DNA from: the human T2T-CHM13v2.0 reference genome, Homo sapiens | DNA: 64,000 nt | NCBI RefSeq assembly: GCF_009914755.1 | Contig: NC_060947.1 | Reading direction: 5' to 3' (one strand) | In this document: positions 46,001 to 64,000 of the stretch, in pieces | Numbering within the stretch: the stretch's first letter is position 1 | How the letters are laid out: each line of letters begins with the position of its first letter | Translations under genes and position numbers: made by a program | Notes under the pieces: model-generated | What the model was told of the DNA's origin: nothing | Database searches by the model: none | Seen by the model: only the letters and a program-made list of their open reading frames with translations

Positions 46001-49000
46001 TGATTTTTCGACGAGTTTTCATTTCTCTCCTTCAGTTCTGCACTGATCTTAGTTATTTCTTGTCTTCTGCTAGCTTTTGAATTTGTTTGCTGTTGCTTCT
46101 CTAGTTCTTCTAATTGTGATGTTAGGGTGTCGATTTTAGATCTTTCCTGCTTTCTCCTTTGGGCATTTAGTGCTATAAATTTCCCTCTAAACACTGCTTT
46201 AGCTGTGTCCCAGATATTCTGGTACATTGTGTCTTTGTTCTCATTGGCTTCAAAGAACTTCTTTACTTCTGCTTTAATTTTGTTATTTTCCCAGTAGTCA
46301 CTCATGAGCAGGTTGCTCAGTTTCCATGTACTTTTGCAGTTTTGAGTGAGCTTCTTAATCCTGACTTCTAATTTGATTGCACTGTGGTCTGAGAGACTCT
46401 TTGTTTTGATTTTCATTCTTTTTCGTTTGTTGAGGAGTGTTTTACTTTCAATTATGTGGTCATTTTTAGAATAAGTGTCCTGTGGTGTTGAGAATAATGT
46501 ATATTCTGTTTATTTGGAGTGGAGAGTTCTGTAGATGTCTGTTAGGTTCACTTGGTCTAGAGCTGAGTTCAAGTCCTGAACATCCCTGTTAATTTTCTGT
46601 GTTTTTGATCTGTCTAATATTGACAGTGGGGTGTTAAAGTCTCCCACTACTATTTTGTGGGAGTCTAAGTCTCTTTGTAGGTCTCTAAGAACTTGCTTTA
46701 TGAATCTGGGTGCTCCTGTATTGGGTGCATATATATTTAGGATGGTTAGCTTTACTTGTTGCATTTATCACTTTATCATTATGTAATGCCCTTCTTTGTA
46801 TTTTTTTAATCTTTGTTGGTTTAAAATCTGTTTTATTAGAGAGTAGGATTGCAACCCCTGCTTGTTTTTGCTTTCCATTTGCTAGGTAAATATTCCTTCA
46901 TCCCTTTATTTTGGGCCTATATGTGTCTTTGCAAGTGAGATGGGTCTCCTGAATACAGCACACTGATGGCTGTTGACTCTTTATCCAATTTGCCAGTCTG
47001 TGTCTTTTAATTGGGACACTTAGCCTGTTTACATTTAAGGTTAATATTGTTATGTGCGAATTTGATCCTGTCATTATGAAGCTAGCTGGTTATTTTGCTC
47101 CCTAGTTGATGAAGTTTCTTCATAGTATTGATGGTCTTTACAATTTTGTATTTTTTTTTGCAGTGGCTGGTACAGTTTTTTCCTTTCCATGTTTAGTGCT
47201 TTCTTCAGGAGCTTTTGTAAGGCAGGCCTGGTGGTGACAAAATCTCTCAGTATTTGCTTCTCTGTAAAGAATTTTATTTCTCCTTTGCTCATGAAGCTTT
47301 GTTTAGCTGGATGTGAAATTCTGGGTTGAAAATTATTTTCTTTAAGAATGCTGAATATTGGCCCCCACTCTATTCTGGCTTGCAGGGTTTCTGCAGAGTT
47401 CTGCAGTTTGTGTGATGGGCTTCTTTTTGTGGATAACCTGTCCTTTCTCTCTGGCTGCCCTTAACATTTTTTCCTTCATTTCAACCTTGGTGAATCTGAC
47501 GATTATGTGTCTTGGGGTTGCTCTTTTTGAGGAGTATCTTTGTGGTGGTCTCTGTATTTCCTGAATTTGAATGTTGGCCTGTCTTGCTAGGTTGGGGAAG
47601 TTCGTCTTTTAATATTCTGAAGAGTGTTTTTCAACTTGGTTCCATTCTCTCTGTCACTTTCTGGTACACCAATCAAACGTAGGTTTGGTCTTTTCACATA
47701 GTTTCACATATTTCTTGGAGACTTTGTTTGCTTTCTTCATTCTTTTTTTTTCTAATCTTGTCTTAACGCTTTATTTTATTAAGTTAATCTTCAATCTCTG
47801 ATGCCCTTTATCTGCTTAATTGATTTGGCTATTGATACTTGTGTATGCTTCACATAGTTCTCATGCTGTGTTTTTCAGCTCTGTCAGATCATTTATGTTC
47901 TTCTCTAACCTGGTTATTCTAGCTAGCAATTCCTCTCTCTTTCAAGGTTCTTAGCTTTTTTTGCATTGGGTTAGAACATGCTCCTTTAGTTTGGAGGAGT
48001 TTGTTATTAACCACCTTCTGAAGCCTTCTTCCATCAATTCATCAAACTCTTTCTCTGTCCAGTTTTGTTCCCTTGCTGGTGAGGAGTTGTAATCTTTTGG
48101 AGGAGAAGCAGTGTTCTGGTTTTTGGAATTTTCAGGCTCTTTGTGCTGTTTTTTCCTCATCATCATGGATTTATCTTCCTTTGGTCTTTGATGCTGGTGA
48201 CCTTTGGATGGGGTTTCTGTGTGGATGTTCTTTTTGTTGATGTTGATGCTATCCCTTTTGGTTTGTTAGTCTATTTTCTAGCAGTCAGGCCCCTCTGCTG
48301 CAGGTCTGCTGGCATTTGCTGGAAGTCCACTCCAGACCCTGTTTGCCTGGTTATTGCCAGTGGAGGCTGCAGAATAGCAAAGATTGCTGCCTGTTTCTTT
48401 CCCTGGAAGCTTTCTCTCAGCGGGGCAACTTCCAGATGCCAGCCACATGTGTCCTGTATGAGGTGTCTGTCGACCCCTGCTTGGAGCTGTCTCCCAGTCT
48501 GGAGTCACAGCAGTCAGGGATCCACTTGAGGAGGCAGTCTGTCTCTTAGCAGAGCTCTAGTGCTGTTCTGGGAGATCTGCTGCTCTCTTCAGAGTCAGCA
48601 GGCAGGAACTTTTAAGTCTGCTGAAGCTGGGCCCACAGCCGCCCCTTCCCCCAGGTTCTCTATCTCAGGGAGATGGGAGTTTAATCTGTAAGCTGCTGAC
48701 TGGGGCTGTTGCCTTTCTTTCAGAGATGCCCTTCCAAGTGAGGAGGAATCTAGAGACGCAGTCTGGCTACAGTGGTTTTGCTGAGCTGTGGTGGGCTCCC
48801 CCCAGTTTGAACTTCCTGAAGGCTTTGTTTACACTGAGGGGAAAACCACTTACTCAAGCCTTAGTAATTGTGGCCCTCCCTCCCCCCACCATGCCAGAGC
48901 ATGCCCTATCGACTTCAGACTGCTGTACTCACAGTGAGAATTTCAAGCCAGTGGGTCTTCACTTGCTGGGTTCCATGGGGGTGGAATTCGGTGAGCTAGA

Positions 49001-49500
49001 CCACTTGTCTGCCTGGCTTCAGCCCTTTTTCCAGGGGAGTGAACAGTTCTGTTTTCCTAGTGTTCCAGGCGCCACCGGGCTTTGAGAAAAAACTCCTGCA
49101 GCTAGCTCAGTGTCTGCCCAAACTGCTGCCCAGTGTTTTGCTTGAAGCCCAGGGCCCTGGTGGTGTAGGCACCTGAGGGAATCTCCTGGTCTGTGGGTTT
49201 TGAAGACTGTGGGAAAAGCGTGTTATCTGGGGCCGTATTGCACCATCCCTCATGGCACAGTCCCTTATGGCTTCCCTTGGCTAAGCGAGGGGGTTCCCTG
49301 ACCCCTTGTGCATCCCAGGTGAGGTGACACCCCACCCTGCTTTGGCTCATCCTCCATGGGCTTCACCCACTGTCTAACCAGTCCCAATGAGATGAGCCGA
49401 GTACCTCGGTTGGAAATGCAGAAATCACCCACCTTCTGCGTTGATCTGGCTGGGAGCTGCAGACCAGAGCTGTTCCTATTTGACCATCTTGCCTGCCCCC
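43019..49500 (-). mobile_element. Full-length L1PA7/8-like element (~6.5 kb), ORFs broken
   Basis: 5'UTR starts ggggcaggcaagatggtcaaataggaacagctc (YY1-like site); ORF1 pieces 47951-48166 and 47074-47292; ORF2 pieces 46510-46764, 45862-46416, 44277-45104 (LFADDM); perfect 12-bp TSD ttttattctttc at 43007-43018 and 49501-49512. Confidence 0.93.
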
Positions 49501-49519
49501 TTTTATTCTTTCAAAGTAT

Positions 49520-51820
<2,301 letters not shown>

Positions 51821-51969
51821 TCACAGTAATCAACCTGCATTATTTCCCCTTCCCAGTACTCTTCCCAGCCTCTGGTAATCAGCATTCTATTCATTACCTT
51901 CATAAGATTAACATTTTAGCTCCAACACATGAGTGAAAACTATTATCAAGAAGCCACAAAGGTGTTTTT

Positions 51970-52207
51970 GGCCGGGTGAAGTGGCCCACACCTTTAATCC
52001 CAGCACTTTGGGAGGCCAAGGCAGGCGGATCACAAGATCAGGAGTCTGAGACCAGCCTAACCAACATGGTGATACCCCGTCTCTTCTAAAAATACGAAAA
52101 TTATCCAGGTGTGGTGGTGTGCGCCTGTAATCCCAGCTACTCAGCTACTCAGGTGGGTGAGACCGGAGAGTTGCTTGAACCCAAGAGGTGGCGGTTGCAG
52201 TGACCCA
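51970..52207 (+). mobile_element. Alu (AluS-like), 3'-truncated, no A-tail
   Basis: ggccgggtgaagtggcccac...ggttgcagtgaccc, then an abrupt switch to MaLR sequence. Confidence 0.9.
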
Positions 52208-52540
52208 TAACATAATACCATAGACTGGGTTATTTAAGCAACAGAAATTTATTTTTTCATAGTTTTAGAGGGTAGGAATCTGATATCACGGTGCCAGTAT
52301 GGTCAGGTTTTGGTGAAGGCTCTCTTCCTGGCTTACAGATGGCCACCTTCTCACAAGGCTCAGGGAAATAGAATAAATACCTCTATCTTCTTCTTATAAG
52401 GCCACAGTCCTATCATATTAAAGCCTCACTCTTATGATCTCATTAAATCTTAAAGATTATCTCTAGATACAGTCACATTAAGGGTTAGGGTTGCGACATA
52501 TAAATTTGGTGAAAGAAGGGACACAATCCAGTCCGTAGGA
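52207..52540 (-). mobile_element. MLT1-like MaLR LTR fragment
   Basis: accatagactgggttatttaagcaacagaaatttatttt...ggacacaatccagtccgta. Confidence 0.8.
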
Positions 52541-52544
52541 GTGA

Positions 52545-53392
52545 AAATGTGGTAATAGTGAATTTGTTGAGCGTGGGTCCATTGACACACTTCATTTGCT
52601 GTGAAATGAGTTCCTTGATTAGAAGAGGCATTATGATGGGGAAATAAAGCAATGTTTTCCCAATAAGTCTAGAGTAGTTGCTACTTCTTACCTACTAAAT
52701 CCAATGAGAATTATGTTGCTGATTTAATGGACCAGTGCAATGCCTTGTGTAAGGAAAAGGCAAAGTCCTACAAACTAAATTATTGCAAGGAGCTGAAGAG
52801 TCCTGCTCCTGAGGTACGATATTGTATTGCTTGCTTTGTTAGCTGAAACAAACTGCTTCCGGCTGTCTTTACTAACAGACATAGGAAAAAAAAAACATTC
52901 TTTTAGTCAATAGCTCTATACCAGATACCAGGGGATGTGTTAATTTGCTCTAGCAGTGAACCCACATTTGGCACAACAGCTGTTTGGAGTTATCATCTCA
53001 TCAAGCTCACAATAATCCATTGTCATTCTCCAGGATCCATCTGTTTTCTGCACAGGCCAAATAGGAGATATGTGAGTTAAATGGGGATGTGATGGGAATT
53101 ACCACCCCTGCATCCTTTAAGTTCTTGATGGAACTGGTCTTTGCAATCCCTCCAGGAAGGCAGTACTGATTTTGGTTTACTATTTTCCTAGATAGGAGCA
53201 GTTTTAGTTGCTTCTATTTATCCTCTACCATGACAACAGCACTCACTCCATAGGTCAGGGAAGTGATGTGGGAAGTCTGCCAGTTGCTGAGTATATCTAT
53301 TCAAATTATGCACTGCAGAGCTGAGGAAATAATCGCAAGATGGTTTCATGGACTCACTGTACACGCTGTGAAATGAATGTCAGCTAAACCTA
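52545..53392 (-). mobile_element. ERVL-class internal fragment (RT region)
   Basis: Minus strand encodes decayed ERVL RT-like peptides ([41 protein letters not shown]). Confidence 0.75.
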
Positions 53393-53529
53393 TGATCTGA
53401 TGGTCTGACAGAGATTTTGTCTCTTCTGCCTGTCCACTGAGCTCAGGTTCACTCCATTGTTCCTTCTCTTCTGCTCCAGGAGGCCCAGGTGTCTATGCCA
53501 TTGCCTCTGTCCCTCTGTGGCCTACAGGT

Positions 53530-61003
<7,474 letters not shown>

Positions 61004-62230
61004 CACCTCTATTGTTCACCTGACCTCCATAAGCCACTATTCTGATTGTAGACTATAGTGTCATTTTAGGTCTCCTGGCATTAGTATCAGTTCAGGACCT
61101 GTGTCCAATATTCTCCAAAACTTCTGATTATTTTTCCCTAATTCTTCCATGCCATAATTTATTTTGGGGAAAGCTGTGAGAAAGATTGACATTATATGTT
61201 GTTGGGCGTGTGGTGGGATGCTTCTTCCAGGGGACCCATTCTTCCCTTCATTCAAGGGTTGTGAGTCTGTAAACTGGCTCAAGCCTGGGAATTGATTGAA
61301 GGGCCATGACTCTGTTTTATGTTACAAGCTAGAATTTTGTTCAATTGACCTAGGACTCCTCTGCTTATACAGATTTAGTAAGAATATAATGGAATTATTA
61401 TCTGTCTCACTACTAGAAACATGATTAACTAACAATGTCATAGGTCTGCATCAGTCAGATTATTCTGATTGCTGCTTTGACTCTTCTGCTTATGTAGTTT
61501 TTGTCAGTTAAGTGCTGCCACTTTTCCCCTGCCACTTGGGAATCCAATTATTTCTATTAAATTTATTTTTTTTAGTTTAATGGTATCAATCCATGTAATT
61601 TCTGACCTACAGAGAAAAGTGATCTTCAAAGACGATAGGGTTCCCACAAAAATTTATTTCTCGTAATTGTGGCTAAGAATTGTTCTCAGTACTCTCCCAA
61701 GGTCGGGGAGAAGATCTTAAATGATAAATGTCGCTAAGAATTTGGATTCTTTCCTCTACAGTATGTCAAGGCAGGACTGGAATTTCAACTTCATTTAGTG
61801 TAGGACACCTTTTGGTCTATGTGTTTCTAAACTTTTTTTAGAGTATTTTCTGACACACTGAGCTGCAACACTAAATCGAGACTCTCTCCTTCTTGGGCTC
61901 ATATCAATACATTTGGCCTGTTTCAGGTTTGTGTTTCTTCCACAATTATCCATACTTTTAATATCCATTGTCATACGTATTCCCTGGATTTATGTCTATA
62001 TAAATTAGAAAAATAAACATGACCTGACAAGACTTGAGTCTAGTTATAGGTCTAGAAGCAAAGAAGGGTGGTATGGTGGGTCCTAACAATGATCAGCAGT
62101 GTCTTACTTCTGCTTCTTCTCAGAGCTTAAGTTGTATTTTATTTCGCTGCATGTAATCTCTTGCTCACAGGTACCCAGATATCTGCAGTAACCCAGCAAT
62201 CCATTTGTGCAATAGCTTCCACCACTGCTC
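61004..62230 (-). mobile_element. ERVL-class internal fragment (gag/protease), continuation of 52545-53392
   Basis: ORF 61061-61282 ends in retroviral protease motif ILDTGPELILMPGDLK; resumes with cacctgacctccataagcc. Confidence 0.75.
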
Positions 62231-62289
62231 TAAGCATTTTCCAGCCTACAGTCTAAACTATGCTATCATTCCAGTTAGTATTCCAAGTC

Positions 62290-62672
62290 AGAAAAGACAC
62301 AACAGTCCCTCAGACTGTCCCCAGAGAAGCTAGAACTTTACAAGCAAGTTCCATTTATATTCTTTCATTCCAATGGAGGAACCAATAATTTGATGGATTC
62401 TTTCAGACACTCAGTGCTGTGTTAGAGAGGGAGTGGGACAAGGGCAAGCAGAAATGACATGAAATTTTCTAGCATTTCCTTGGTTGCTTCAGCTTCTTAG
62501 CTTGTTTCAAGAGTTCTCACAAAACTACTTTGCTCTATATATTTTGGGGTGTTTTGTTTTGTTTTTGTTTTTTTGTTTTTTTGTTTTTTTGTTTTTTTTT
62601 TTTTTTTTGGTGTTTCCATGGGGCAATGAGGGCCTGGCGCTTTCTGCTCTGCCATCTTGCTGATGTCACTCT
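62290..62672 (-). mobile_element. Ancient L1M 5'-end fragment containing a (GTTTT)n tract (62551-62608)
   Basis: Ends in ctctgccatcttgctgatgtcact (YY1-type GCCATCTTG), typical of old L1 5' termini. Confidence 0.55.
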
Positions 62673-62730
62673 TCAGTAGTATCTCCTCTTCTCATCATGT
62701 TTGTCTCTTTTTATATCTTTCTTTTATAAG

Positions 62731-62850
62731 GTTGTGGTTCACCTTGAAACTATTCTAGGAGCCTCAGTTCAACATGTTAAACTGAAGAAAATGAAGTACT
62801 CTTTTCAGTTGTGGATCGCAATGATGTCAGCAAAGGGACATGATGGGAAG
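62731..62850 (+). CDS. FAAH2: FAAH2 internal coding exon (120 bp, phase 0-0, probably exon 8): VVVHLETILGASVQHVKLKKMKYSFQLWIAMMSAKGHDGK
   Basis: Polypyrimidine tract and ttttataag| acceptor at 62730, donor AAG|gtattt at 62851; continues the ...IMTQKK frame; matches recalled FAAH2. Confidence 0.95.
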
Positions 62851-62884
62851 GTATTTTTACCTCTTTCTTTACTTACTTTTTTCT

Positions 62885-63220
62885 TTGTGTAAACATTTAT
62901 TGAGCTTCTATTGTGGTCCATATGTTAGAGGTGTAGAGAAAAGAAACTCATGAAAAAAATAAGTAAAATAGTAAAATATTTAAAGAAAGCACAGTTTGGT
63001 GAATGCCTATACGGAATAGGCATATATGCTATTCACAGAGAGTGTGCCCATTCCTATATGGAAATCAGTGAAGGCTTCTTGATGGAGGAATTGCAGTCTC
63101 CCAAATCTTGAATGATTTGGAAACCTTAACCAGGTAGAGAAGAGATAAAGATTATGCCAGGCAGAGGGGAAACCACGGCAAGAACAAGGACACAGGGGAA
63201 TGAAGCTAATCTTAGTATGT
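62885..63220 (-). mobile_element. LINE-2 3' fragment
   Basis: aaacatttattgagcttctat and atcagtgaaggcttcttgatggagg motifs. Confidence 0.6.
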
Positions 63221-63564
63221 TGTATGCTAGGTACTCAGAACATGTAGGTTTCAATAAAGCCTTAAGTGATTAGGTAACTTCAGTTGTCAAGTTCCACCTT
63301 TACCTTCCCCCTGAGATGTTTTAAAAATACATGTACAGAGCTATCTGCCCATCTCCTGTTTATTTTTCCCTTCCTTTTCATATCTGCTATGATTAGAAGC
63401 TGATACAGGTACTTGTGAAAGAAGCTTCCCTTATGCCAGGTTTTTTCAGGCTTGCTGAAGACTTTTAATATGAACACTTTGAGAACTATAAGATAAATTC
63501 AACATTCTGGAGAATTTAACTTTTGTGAATATAGGAATGTTTTCTGCCAATGGGAATATTTGTG

Positions 63565-63745
63565 TTAGAGCATGACACATCCAAATTTGAAGTGCAGGCT
63601 ACCTCCTAGTTTTGTTATCTTGGGCAAGTTACTTAGCTATTCTGCAGTTTACTCATACGTAAAATTAAGCTATTGATACCCATTTTACAGCTTTATTTTG
63701 TGGATTAACAATATTTTTTATAAGATATCTCACATACAATAGCCC
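63565..63745 (+). mobile_element. MIR SINE
   Basis: Core tcttgggcaagttacttagct...cagtttactcatacgtaaaat. Confidence 0.7.
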
Positions 63746-64000
63746 TTCCATAAGGCAGAACTCACACGACCCTCTCTACCTTAAAAAAAAAAAAAGTCAC
63801 TTTTAAAATTTTTTCAAATACCCAGTTTTCTTTGCAGAAACACTTTGGAAATCTCTCAGAACAAAACGTTTATACAAATTCACAAGGGGAGGAGGTTTGG
63901 CTCTGAGATGAAAGTTTATAATCAGAACTTTAGATCAAAACTAAAGCTGAAATCAAAAACAAAAAGTTTATTTTCAGTTCACTTCCAGAAGACACTGTCT

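Overview
Primate, most likely human, genomic DNA; not prokaryotic. The + strand carries three consecutive internal coding exons of FAAH2 (fatty acid amide hydrolase 2; 9455-9590, 11717-11834, 62731-62850, probably exons 6-8 of the X-linked gene), which splice in frame. The 50.9-kb intron between the last two exons is almost entirely nested transposable elements. An old L1MA was split by a full-length L1PB-like element, which itself received a full-length MTHFD1 processed pseudogene, a twin-primed 5'-inverted L1PA and an L1-mobilised HERV-W (HERV17/LTR17) processed pseudogene carrying an Alu. Further on lie a full-length L1PA7-like element with an L1PA3-like element inserted a few bases from its 5' end, and an ERVL internal region split by a second full-length L1PB-like element. 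Apart from the FAAH2 exons, the ORFs I could identify are decayed L1, ERV or pseudogene frames or their antisense shadows. I found no support for a new multi-gene system. The most interesting signals are structural: TSD-resolved nesting, an 86-bp inverted templated insertion, a perfect 21-bp-arm hairpin, a candidate L1 5' transduction, and possible TE-driven transcripts. Repeat subfamily names come from recalled consensus motifs and old-element boundaries are approximate; both need RepeatMasker/Dfam confirmation.
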